A stretch of DNA of 38,756 nt from a virus (lineage: Duplodnaviria; Heunggongvirae; Uroviricota; Caudoviricetes), in IMG/VR virus record IMGVR_UViG_646311923_000010; one strand, given 5' to 3'. Positions 1 through 7,526 of the stretch are shown piece after piece. Positions within the stretch are counted from its first letter, which is position 1. The number at the start of each line of letters is the position of its first letter. Made by a program: the position numbers and the translations under genes. The notes beneath the pieces were generated by a model. It saw nothing but the letters and a program-made list of their open reading frames with translations. It made no database searches and was not told the DNA's origin.

Positions 1-981
1 CTAACGTCTTGCTTTTAACAATAACCAGATAAACACCGGCGCACCCAACGTTGCGGTGACCACGCCAATAGGCAGCTCTGCGGCAGCTAATGCCAGGCGC
101 GCTACAATATCGGCCAGCAGCAATGCGCTCGCCCCTGCCAGCGCGCAGCCGGGAAGTAATACGCGATGATCGGTTAAACCACACAACCGAAGAATATGTG
201 GGATCACCAGACCAATAAAGCCGATAGCACCCGCCAGCGCCACACTGACGCCAACCATCCAGCCGGTCGCGGCCACCAGCACATTGCGCCAGAACCACAG
301 GGGTAAACCCAGTTGCCGCGCCGAGATCTCGCCAAGTGCTAACATATTCATCGGCCTGGACTGACAACAGATCCACAACAACACGGGGATCAATGCCAGC
401 ATCAGCCAGCTTTGCCGCCAGTCTACGCCGCCAAAACCGCCCATCATCCAGTACATCAGCTGACGTAAATCAACAGAGGTGGAAAAGTAGATAGCCCACG
501 TCATTAGTGCGCTACAGATAATCCCTAATGCAACGCCAGCCAGCAATAACCGACTGGTCGAAAGATGACGACGGGCGAAACGTAAGAGTATTAAAGTGAT
601 GATAAGCGCGCCAGCAATCGCACACAGCCCTAGCGCCCAGTTGGGGAGTTGCCCTTGCCCAAGCAATACCGCGGCGATAAGCCCCACGCCTGCGCCGTTA
701 GAGACGCCAAGTAGTCCAGGTTCTGCCAGAGGATTTTCAAACAACGCCTGCATTACAGCGCCGGATATAGCCAGCGCCGCACCAACCAGCAATACAGCCA
801 GCGTACGTGGCAGGCGAATTTGCCAGACGAACAGTTCGCCACGAGGAGTAAACCAGTCACCTGGCGAGATCCATTGTTCACCGGCGCAAAGGCTTAAGAG
901 AAGCGCCAGCAGCATCAAAACTGACAGGCATAATAACCAGCGAATATTTTGTCGCTGTTGTTGGCGGGCAAGTGTCAGCAT
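1..981 (-). CDS. btuC: Vitamin B12 ABC transporter permease BtuC (chromosomal flank)
   Basis: 326-aa highly hydrophobic multi-pass ORF; N-terminus [17 protein letters not shown]... and overall sequence match enterobacterial BtuC as recalled; typical host codon usage. Confidence 0.9.
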   Translation of the reverse strand: MLTLARQQQRQNIRWLLCLSVLMLLALLLSLCAGEQWISPGDWFTPRGELFVWQIRLPRTLAVLLVGAALAISGAVMQALFENPLAEPGLLGVSNGAGVGLIAAVLLGQGQLPNWALGLCAIAGALIITLILLRFARRHLSTSRLLLAGVALGIICSALMTWAIYFSTSVDLRQLMYWMMGGFGGVDWRQSWLMLALIPVLLWICCQSRPMNMLALGEISARQLGLPLWFWRNVLVAATGWMVGVSVALAGAIGFIGLVIPHILRLCGLTDHRVLLPGCALAGASALLLADIVARLALAAAELPIGVVTATLGAPVFIWLLLKARR

Positions 982-1040
982 GGTATCCGTTCTGCTGAAG
1001 TGTCATGGCGTTGATTTTACGGTGACTCTTCGACAGTGAA

Positions 1041-1064
1041 AAGAAAAAAGGCCGCAGAGCGGCC
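1041..1064 (-). terminator. Rho-independent terminator (minus strand) downstream of the int-operon cargo genes
   Basis: GGCCGC-AGA-GCGGCC hairpin at 1050-1064 followed on the minus strand by a U-run (plus-strand A-run 1041-1049). Confidence 0.55.
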
Positions 1065-1173
1065 ATAAACACAAACAAAAATCAATAAGTTAGATAATTA
1101 TCAAAGACTTACAGACACACAAAAACACAGCCAACCACAACAAACAACAGAGATGTGGTCAATTTGTGGATCA

Positions 1174-1719
1174 TCAGCCAACAAATTTAGCAACAAATAC
1201 AGCAACCGCCGCCGTGAAAATGGTTGTGCATACTGGCACAATAATGCCACTCCAACGCCACTTCGTATTATCATCAACCTTGTCAAACCGCCGATTCATC
1301 TCATCCATAATCTTGTCAAAGCGTTTATCCATCGCTTCGGTAAGCTCACCCTTCAGGCTGTTAATGTCTGATTTGAGCTGCTCTTTCAGGTGAGCTGTAT
1401 CAGATTTAAGCTCACCTTTCAGATTCGCAATATCGCATTTAAGATCACCTTTCAGATGAGCAATGTCTGCTTTGAGCTCACCTTTCACCTCACCAACATC
1501 AGCTTTGGTTGAGAGGTTTGTAGTGCGTTCAGTAAGCGTCGCAAGGTCGTTTCTTGTTAGCGATAAATCACCTTCGAGTCGCTCAATTCGCCTTTCAAGT
1601 TTATCTGACATTCCGCCTCCACTACTGCCGCCATCGCCGCCATGATAAAGCACATCACGCTCAGAATGCGACATACTACCTGCTGAATTACCGAAAAGGT
1701 TTCTTGCTGCATTACCCAT
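1174..1719 (-). CDS. Coiled-coil protein with C-terminal transmembrane anchor and 11-aa tandem repeats (function unknown)
   Basis: ORF 1174..1728; likely ATG at 1719 preceded by AGGA 8 nt upstream; Gly-rich linker, repeated LKGELKxDxAHLK units, C-terminal hydrophobic helix IIVPVCTTIFTAAVAVFVAKFV; 2-nt gap from upstream gene. Confidence 0.6.
   Translation of the reverse strand: MGNAARNLFGNSAGSMSHSERDVLYHGGDGGSSGGGMSDKLERRIERLEGDLSLTRNDLATLTERTTNLSTKADVGEVKGELKADIAHLKGDLKCDIANLKGELKSDTAHLKEQLKSDINSLKGELTEAMDKRFDKIMDEMNRRFDKVDDNTKWRWSGIIVPVCTTIFTAAVAVFVAKFVG
1341..1505. repeat. Five tandem 33-bp repeats inside the coiled-coil gene
   Basis: Motif ctcacctttcag recurs at 1345, 1378, 1411, 1444 and 1477 (exact 33-bp period); encodes in-frame 11-aa repeats. 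Confidence 0.8.
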
Positions 1720-2212
1720 TTTCACCATCCTGCGCTTTGTCTTTCTCCAACCACTTCAGCACCGCAGACGTACGGTAAAGGCTCAGGTAACCACAATTCA
1801 GGCAATGCAGCGTGTAATAAGTTTTGCGCATATCAGGTATGCTCTTAACATCACCAAAAAAAGTATAAGATACATAATGCTTTATGTTCTCTTTAATTAA
1901 CTCACTCTGCTCCTCCAGGGGTAGATTGTTAAAATTTTCTGGTTTCTTATTTTTATCCCAACAAAGATCCATACTTTCAGGAACAGATAATCGCGACGAT
2001 CCACATGAAGGGCAGACACTGGAGACCCCCTTCTCAGACAAGAAACGGAAGAAGATTTCTGGCGTAATCTCCATCAGCCGCTCTTTATGTTTTTTGACAC
2101 GACTCATCGACTTCTTATTGATTTCATCAGCTTCTTCTTTGCATTTATCTTCTATATATTTCGATAGTAAATAGTCATATAACTCTTTTTTTGTAGGTTT
2201 TTTTATTTCCAT
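1712..2212 (-). CDS. AT-rich hypothetical protein with two CxxC pairs (putative zinc ribbon), prophage cargo
   Basis: 166-aa ORF; start codon 2 bp after the int stop (translational coupling); K/E-rich, low GC relative to neighbours; CPSC and CLNC motifs. Confidence 0.6.
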   Translation of the reverse strand: MEIKKPTKKELYDYLLSKYIEDKCKEEADEINKKSMSRVKKHKERLMEITPEIFFRFLSEKGVSSVCPSCGSSRLSVPESMDLCWDKNKKPENFNNLPLEEQSELIKENIKHYVSYTFFGDVKSIPDMRKTYYTLHCLNCGYLSLYRTSAVLKWLEKDKAQDGENG

Positions 2213-2214
2213 AG

Positions 2215-3192
2215 TTACATTCCTCCCAAGGGATTAAACCTCACCGCATCCTGCAAGTAATCCGGCGCAAGATGGGCATAAATCATCGTTGTCTGAATCT
2301 TTGCGTGCCCCAGAATTTTCTGGAGCGTCAGAATATTGCCGCCGTTCATCATGAAATGACTGGCGAAGGTGTGGCGCAGCGCATGAACAGCCTGGCCGTC
2401 AGGAACATCAGGTGCGACCGTTTTGATGACATCGCGAACCAATGAATAATCCAGCGTCGGAAACACCAGTTTCCCGCCCCGTTTTTTGATCTTTTCAAAC
2501 AGGCTTTCAGTAATAGGAACGGTACGGTTTTTGCTGTTCTTCGTTTTTGAAAAAGTGATTCGACAATGAAGAACACGGCGCTGCTCCAGTGCCGCTACCT
2601 CGCCCCATCGCGCCCCGGTCGACAGAAGGATTTCGACAGCCAGTCGTTCATCGGGATTTTCAGCCAGTGCATCCAGCAACTGAACACATTCAGACTTACT
2701 CAGATATCCCATTTCGCGCTCGTTAACCTTCATTCCTTTAAGGCCTTGAACGGGGTTATCGTTAAGAAAATGGCCGGATGAGATGAGTGCGGTAAACATC
2801 GCGCTTAACGCCCCAATCTCTCGATTTATGGTGCTGGGCTGTATCCCCTGCTCTATCCTGGACACACGTAGCTCGGTGAGCATCGTTGTATTAAGTTTAT
2901 GCACGCACGGGTCATCCATTGCTTCACTCAAGCGCAGCAATTTAAGGCGCGTGTTATGCCCTGACTTCATTAGCTGGCCGTGGTATTTCCACCACAAGTC
3001 AATAAGCACTGACAGAGGACGGCGATCAATGGAGTTTCCTTTCCACTCATTGTTATGCTGTTGCGCCAGCACCCACCGCTCATATAAAACTGCATCCGAT
3101 TTCGTTTTAAATTTTTTGCGAATGCGTTTGCCTTTACGCCCCTCCGGGCGCATGTCAAGAAGATACCCTCCCGGAATTGATTTTATGCTCAT
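2215..3192 (-). CDS. int: Tyrosine integrase, P2 Int family
   Basis: ORF 2215..3342; start set at ATG 3192 (MSIKSIPGG...) by alignment with recalled P2 Int N-terminus; C-terminal HALRHTFASHF...LGH...TTMIYAH catalytic region. Confidence 0.9.
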   Translation of the reverse strand: MSIKSIPGGYLLDMRPEGRKGKRIRKKFKTKSDAVLYERWVLAQQHNNEWKGNSIDRRPLSVLIDLWWKYHGQLMKSGHNTRLKLLRLSEAMDDPCVHKLNTTMLTELRVSRIEQGIQPSTINREIGALSAMFTALISSGHFLNDNPVQGLKGMKVNEREMGYLSKSECVQLLDALAENPDERLAVEILLSTGARWGEVAALEQRRVLHCRITFSKTKNSKNRTVPITESLFEKIKKRGGKLVFPTLDYSLVRDVIKTVAPDVPDGQAVHALRHTFASHFMMNGGNILTLQKILGHAKIQTTMIYAHLAPDYLQDAVRFNPLGGM

Positions 3193-3241
3193 TCGTGAAA
3201 CCCCAGCGTTACAAGACCACCATGCCCCCAGCGCTCCATGA

Positions 3242-3553
3242 TTAGCCGGGCTGTGTGCCAGTCTTGCGGGGTTTTTGAGAAGGCGATGTGCTTTTTGGCC
3301 CATCAGGGGAGAGAGACGGACTGATCTGCCCAGCAGCCTCATTTGTTTTTCCCGTCATAAGCCATATAGTGTATTTTTCGAAATCCTTAGAATTAATTAC
3401 GCGATCAACAACGCTTAAACCAACCTCTCTTTTACCGCTCTCATAATTCTTTATAGTTCCGAGATTTATCCCAGTAACATCTGCAAACTCAGCTTGAGTT
3501 AACCCTTCACTTTTCCGTATCTCTTTCAGTTTTTTTTCGTACCCACTTGACAT
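3242..3553 (-). CDS. C: Immunity repressor, P2 C-like HTH protein
   Basis: 103-aa ORF directly upstream of int on the same strand; helix-turn-helix segment LTQAEFADVTGINLGTIKNYESG; GGAG 6 nt upstream of ATG. Confidence 0.8.
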   Translation of the reverse strand: MSSGYEKKLKEIRKSEGLTQAEFADVTGINLGTIKNYESGKREVGLSVVDRVINSKDFEKYTIWLMTGKTNEAAGQISPSLSPDGPKSTSPSQKPRKTGTQPG

Positions 3554-3644
3554 GGTGGTCTCCAGACGACTAAATTAACCCTAAAAGTCGCCTAGAGACG
3601 ACTTTTAGCAACAAATAACCACAGACTGAACAGGTTATCACATC
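3554..3644. promoter_or_regulatory. Divergent early promoter/operator region between C and cox-like gene
   Basis: Perfect 10-bp inverted repeat CTAAAAGTCG (3581-3590) / CGACTTTTAG (3599-3608) with 8-bp spacer, plus a related GACGACTAAA copy upstream; sits between divergent genes. Confidence 0.5.
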
Positions 3645-3923
3645 ATGACAAAGCTCTTGAACACATACGAGCAAGCGGATTTTGAGCGTTTGGCGGCGTT
3701 CTACCCATACCGCGATGAGCATGGATTACCGGTACTCGAAGAAAGCCTGAAAGATTACGCGAAGCGTACCAATCAAACTGTTAATGCAGTGAAAAGGCAG
3801 GCTGACAGAGCAGCCCTTCCCATCAACCAAGAAGAAAAAAACTCAAAACGTACAGTAAATCTCTTCGCAATTTTCCTGAAAACCATCAGAAACGCAGAGA
3901 AATACGTGCAGATGACAAAATAA
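3645..3923 (+). CDS. Cox/Apl-like excision and transcription regulator (assigned by position)
   Basis: 92-aa ORF transcribed divergently from C at the position of P2 cox; little sequence similarity to P2 Cox recalled. Confidence 0.5.
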   Translation: MTKLLNTYEQADFERLAAFYPYRDEHGLPVLEESLKDYAKRTNQTVNAVKRQADRAALPINQEEKNSKRTVNLFAIFLKTIRNAEKYVQMTK

Positions 3924-3937
3924 CGAGGTGTCATTTT

Positions 3938-4276
3938 ATGCTGAAGCAACGCCGTAATTTTCGCACCGAAACGGAACGCCAAGCTAACCGTTTCGCTACC
4001 AGCGCATCACGCAGCAACATCCGCTACAGCCTGAGCGAAACACACGCAACACCGGATGGCCACGCTGTAAAACAAATCGGCGAGCATACCTGGCTGATTG
4101 AGAAAGCTGGAATCGTGGTCCACAAATGCCCACGCAATCCGTTTACCGGAAACCGCATTTTTGCATTGAGCTGCGGCGACAATCACTTCGGACAGGATTT
4201 CACATTATACGAAGCACTTCGCACGGTTGATCGTCTGCTTCGCGGGCAAAGTTTTATTAAACGGGCTGATTTATAA
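3938..4276 (+). CDS. Hypothetical early-region protein
   Basis: 112-aa ORF with GAGG upstream of ATG; same strand and tight spacing with early operon. Confidence 0.5.
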   Translation: MLKQRRNFRTETERQANRFATSASRSNIRYSLSETHATPDGHAVKQIGEHTWLIEKAGIVVHKCPRNPFTGNRIFALSCGDNHFGQDFTLYEALRTVDRLLRGQSFIKRADL

Positions 4277-4286
4277 CAGGTGCTTT

Positions 4287-4574
4287 ATGACCAAAGAGCA
4301 TGCACAAGGTGTATTTATCCGTTTTATTGATTTTCGCGGTGAACTGTTATTACGCGCATCCGCTATTGATGGAGTGGCTCCGGCGGGTAAAAACGGAGCC
4401 GACGAAGCCACTTACGTTTATCTGAACGGCACGCGACTGCTTGTGGAACTTCCGTACCAGACCGTACGAGAAATCATTAGTGAAGCTGAAAAGGCACGCC
4501 TGGCTAATGGCGATGAACCCTATATCGAAATTATTTGTATGGATTCAGAAACTGAAATTCAGAAAGCAGATTAA
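4287..4574 (+). CDS. Hypothetical early-region protein
   Basis: ORF 4227..4574; start placed at internal ATG 4287 (MTKEHAQ...) to avoid overlap with upstream gene. Confidence 0.45.
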   Translation: MTKEHAQGVFIRFIDFRGELLLRASAIDGVAPAGKNGADEATYVYLNGTRLLVELPYQTVREIISEAEKARLANGDEPYIEIICMDSETEIQKAD

Positions 4575-4585
4575 AGGGCGTTGCG

Positions 4586-4828
4586 ATGGGCAAAGAATAT
4601 AAAACTCTCATTAACAAAGCACTTGAGCGTTTTTATTTTCGCTTAAGTGCATCAGGCGCTCATGCTGAACGTGCAGCCCGTGACTCATTGACCAGGGCAA
4701 TCCGGAGTCTGTATGACGTGGCTTTTTACGCTGATGATCTGGATGCACTTAACGAACTTTCCGAGCTGATCTGTGCCGCAGAATGCGGGGAACATATTGA
4801 ACCGTATAAGCTGGGGAATATTGCATGA
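4586..4828 (+). CDS. Hypothetical early-region protein
   Basis: 80-aa ORF in the compact early operon. Confidence 0.45.
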   Translation: MGKEYKTLINKALERFYFRLSASGAHAERAARDSLTRAIRSLYDVAFYADDLDALNELSELICAAECGEHIEPYKLGNIA

Positions 4829-4938
4829 GTATATTTATCTCATGGCTTGTTCTGATTATTTCGGTGGCCTGCGCCATTGGGATTATGCGAATTATTCATT
4901 CAGTAAAAAAGATTGAACGCTTTTTCACTGGTGAATAA
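4825..4938 (+). CDS. Small hydrophobic peptide (37 aa), putative membrane protein
   Basis: ATG at 4825 overlaps the upstream stop (ATGA); translation MSIFISWLVLIISVACAIGIMRIIHSVKKIERFFTGE; not in the ORF track because it is shorter than 60 aa. Confidence 0.35.
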   Translation: MSIFISWLVLIISVACAIGIMRIIHSVKKIERFFTGE

Positions 4939-5031
4939 CGATACAAATAAAGCATCAAATTAAATAAGAAAACGTGAAAACCATCCGTATTAACGGAGGT
5001 ATTCGCACACGCAAATAACGGAGATACAAAA

Positions 5032-5442
5032 ATGCACGCAAAAGAAGAAGGTATCATCAGAGCACTGAAAGAAATTTCAAAGACAGAAAACGAAGTAGCG
5101 AAAAAAGCCGTGGCCAATGCTCACATGGACGTCGCAACCCACACAATGATAGTCGCAAAAGTCACGGCAGAAGCTGCCAAAATCATCGAAGAACAGGGTG
5201 TGGAACTTGCGCTTCTCAAAACTAAACCAGTCACCGGACTGGATTTATCTGACACCGGACGCCTTATTTACACTATTGGCTCGGAGCCACAGCGATACAC
5301 CATTATCGCCGGATTACAGAACAAATACCTGATCACTCCTCACCCCATAAGGGAATCAGCGCTTCTGACAAATCTCCGCCTGATAGAACGCTCTCAAGCT
5401 GTATTCATTGATGACGCGCAACGTGCCGTATTTAACGCATAG
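5032..5442 (+). CDS. Hypothetical early-region protein
   Basis: 136-aa ORF; GGAG-type RBS upstream of ATG. Confidence 0.5.
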   Translation: MHAKEEGIIRALKEISKTENEVAKKAVANAHMDVATHTMIVAKVTAEAAKIIEEQGVELALLKTKPVTGLDLSDTGRLIYTIGSEPQRYTIIAGLQNKYLITPHPIRESALLTNLRLIERSQAVFIDDAQRAVFNA

Positions 5443-5465
5443 GGTTACTGGACAAAAGGGGCGCA

Positions 5466-5669
5466 ATGGCAATTAAGCATTTTTCCGTCGTTCGCTTTAC
5501 CTCCAGAGGGCGCGAATACGAGGTCGACGAACGCCTGATTACCACTATCGACAAACATCGTTCGGAAAAGGATGCACACCACATCTACCTCACTGACGGC
5601 ACTTATTTCTGCGCCACCAACGTGGCGCGGGTGAATCTTATCCGACAAGTACAGGAGCCACGTAGATGA
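5466..5669 (+). CDS. Hypothetical early-region protein
   Basis: 67-aa ORF; overlaps next gene start by 4 nt. Confidence 0.4.
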   Translation: MAIKHFSVVRFTSRGREYEVDERLITTIDKHRSEKDAHHIYLTDGTYFCATNVARVNLIRQVQEPRR

Positions 5670-5932
5670 CCATTCTGGACTACATCGCTACTCATCCGGG
5701 GTGTAGCGGCGGAGAGATCGCCGCAGCACTGAATACTCCAACCACAGCCATTAATGCTGAGTTACGCCAACTTTGGCGCGGCGGCTTAGTCATCAGAACA
5801 AACCGCAGCACAGGTGGTCGCGCTCGCAAAACAGGAGGCCAGGCTTCTTACCACGTAAACCCGATGCCGTTCGGGTGTAGCAATCCACTTACTCACATGT
5901 TTAACCAGCTACTGAAGGAAGCCAGAGCATGA
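5666..5932 (+). CDS. Hypothetical protein, possible winged-helix DNA-binding protein
   Basis: 88-aa ORF; start overlaps upstream stop; Gly/Arg-rich basic segment. Confidence 0.45.
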   Translation: MTILDYIATHPGCSGGEIAAALNTPTTAINAELRQLWRGGLVIRTNRSTGGRARKTGGQASYHVNPMPFGCSNPLTHMFNQLLKEARA

Positions 5933-5997
5933 GCACCATCAACCACCAGGAATTACATCCATCATCATTTCCGAGATGCCAACAGGCTCTTCACAGT

Positions 5998-6465
5998 TCA
6001 GAAACTGCACAACCAGCAAATTAACCTTTCGGAGTAACGCAAATGTTCGCTGGCAGACAACCCAACAGATGCACTCGCTTTGTTTTTTGCGGGCCTGACA
6101 ATCGCTTTCATGTATGCGCTGTTCGTTTCTTCCAGATGCAGAATGCGCTCAGTGAGGCGTTCAGTGGTCATAAAATCCCTTTGCGTAATCAGACGCAGAT
6201 AGCTCTGTTTCTGCCAGCACGCCAGTTCGGCGACGAATTCACACTTGCTGCAAAACCAGGAAAAACCAAAAAACACCAGTCCGCAAAGACTCATCAGGGC
6301 AGGGAACTCAATCAGAAGAAAAGACAACACCGCAGCAATCAAGGCTCCAGAGCGCAGCACAAAAGCGGCCTTGTTGTTGAGTATGAAAACCATCTCTTCC
6401 AGCCAGTAGCTGTACCACAGATGGAAAAAAATCTTCTTGTCTGCTTGCTCCATAGCAACAGGCAT
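5998..6465 (-). CDS. Membrane protein (two predicted TM helices) encoded antisense to the early operon
   Basis: ORF 5998..6471; ATG at 6465 with GGAGG 6 nt upstream; host-like codon usage; hydrophobic stretches LRSGALIAAVLSFLLIEF and LMSLCGLVFFGFSWF. Confidence 0.55.
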   Translation of the reverse strand: MPVAMEQADKKIFFHLWYSYWLEEMVFILNNKAAFVLRSGALIAAVLSFLLIEFPALMSLCGLVFFGFSWFCSKCEFVAELACWQKQSYLRLITQRDFMTTERLTERILHLEETNSAYMKAIVRPAKNKASASVGLSASEHLRYSERLICWLCSF

Positions 6466-6599
6466 AAACAACCTCCATTGTTAATAAACGCCGCTATCCT
6501 TCGGCGCATTCCATTTTTGCGCCGCGATTATACATACTTCAGCACGCAACACAAAAACCGCTTGCCAGCGCTCGTTGAGTCGGGTTACATTTCCGCTGC

Positions 6600-6815
6600 A
6601 CCTCATAAAACGGGTGCCGGGATTCTCAACCCGCTGACTACACACGCGCACAACCGCGCCAGCGGTTTTTTTGTGCGTACTGTATTGCCACGTCTTTTTC
6701 GCGTCAGAATTATGGCGGGGCGTACGGGGCCGACTTCGGTCGGGCCGGGATCGTGTGTAGCCGGTGTTGAGAACCCCGTACGTCTCGCCACCCCAAGATT
6801 CTCAACTCTGGATGG
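6600..6815 (+). other. Structured intergenic region with long-range inverted repeats; candidate small RNA or regulatory element
   Basis: TTCTCAAC...CTACACACG (6622-6645) repeated inverted as CGTGTGTAG...GTTGAGAA (6750-6771) and again directly at 6797-6811; CGTACGGGG/CCCCGTACG stem; CCGAC-UUCG-GUCGG hairpin. Confidence 0.3.
6652..6672 (+). terminator. Orphan rho-independent terminator (plus strand) within the structured intergenic region
   Basis: AACCGC-GCCA-GCGGTT stem-loop followed by a 7-T run; no plus-strand ORF ends immediately upstream. Confidence 0.5.
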
Positions 6816-6851
6816 TGAGTTTTCAAAACTTACTATACACGAGGCCACGTC

Positions 6852-7082
6852 ATGGCAAACCGCATGCAACAGCGCGCCCGCGCTGAGCGTATTCACATCC
6901 GCAGCGAAATCAACCGCAGACTTTTTCGCGCAACACGCGTCGCGCAAATCATGCACATCAATATGTTGCATGAGCGCAGCCACGCACTATCAAACATTTA
7001 TTCCGCCTCTGTTTTCAGCTATCTGGCGGATGATCTGCACGAGCTTCAACAGCTCATCCAGCAGCAAAACAAACTCCATTAA
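6852..7082 (+). CDS. Hypothetical early-region protein
   Basis: 76-aa ORF with GAGG upstream of ATG. Confidence 0.4.
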   Translation: MANRMQQRARAERIHIRSEINRRLFRATRVAQIMHINMLHERSHALSNIYSASVFSYLADDLHELQQLIQQQNKLH

Positions 7083-7154
7083 TTCCTGTTCCGGGCCTTT
7101 CCTGCACCTTGCGGCGGGAGGCCTTCGCACATCTGTAACAAGAGGATTGCCGCA

Positions 7155-7520
7155 ATGATTCTCGCCAACGACTTTCTTGAATACCTGCTCAACACAGAGC
7201 GTGATCTTGCCGCTCGCGTGCGTGATCGTTATGACATGTACCTGAAATCCCTGCCTGTACCGCAGCTCGCTGACGGAAAGATTGTTATTGATGGTCGCTA
7301 CATGATTGACAGCCACGAGGGAAATTACAGGCTTTACCGCATTGAAGGTGGCACCCCGTCCGTTATTGGCATTTACCAGCGCCCATCCTCTGCAATCGTC
7401 GATGTGATTGCAGACAGCATCCGCATCACACATCGCCATACCGACACAGAAGACACCGTGCTGGAAATTCAGCGGCTGGCTACAGTCTGCCGCGACACCC
7501 TGAATGGCATGACGAAGTAA
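7155..7520 (+). CDS. Hypothetical early-region protein directly upstream of gene A
   Basis: 121-aa ORF; AGAGGA RBS upstream; 6-nt gap to A start. Confidence 0.5.
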   Translation: MILANDFLEYLLNTERDLAARVRDRYDMYLKSLPVPQLADGKIVIDGRYMIDSHEGNYRLYRIEGGTPSVIGIYQRPSSAIVDVIADSIRITHRHTDTEDTVLEIQRLATVCRDTLNGMTK

Positions 7521-7526
7521 ATCACT

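Noticed and set aside
6600-6815. Retron (msr/msd) interpretation of the inverted-repeat region
   Set aside because: No reverse transcriptase ORF (no YxDD-containing protein) anywhere nearby; retained only as a candidate structured RNA or regulatory element.
6043-7158. 371-aa plus-strand ORF spanning the antisense membrane gene and the structured intergenic region
   Set aside because: Odd Arg/Cys/Ser-rich composition, no RBS, overlaps a better-supported minus-strand gene and runs through terminator and inverted-repeat structure; judged a spurious open frame.
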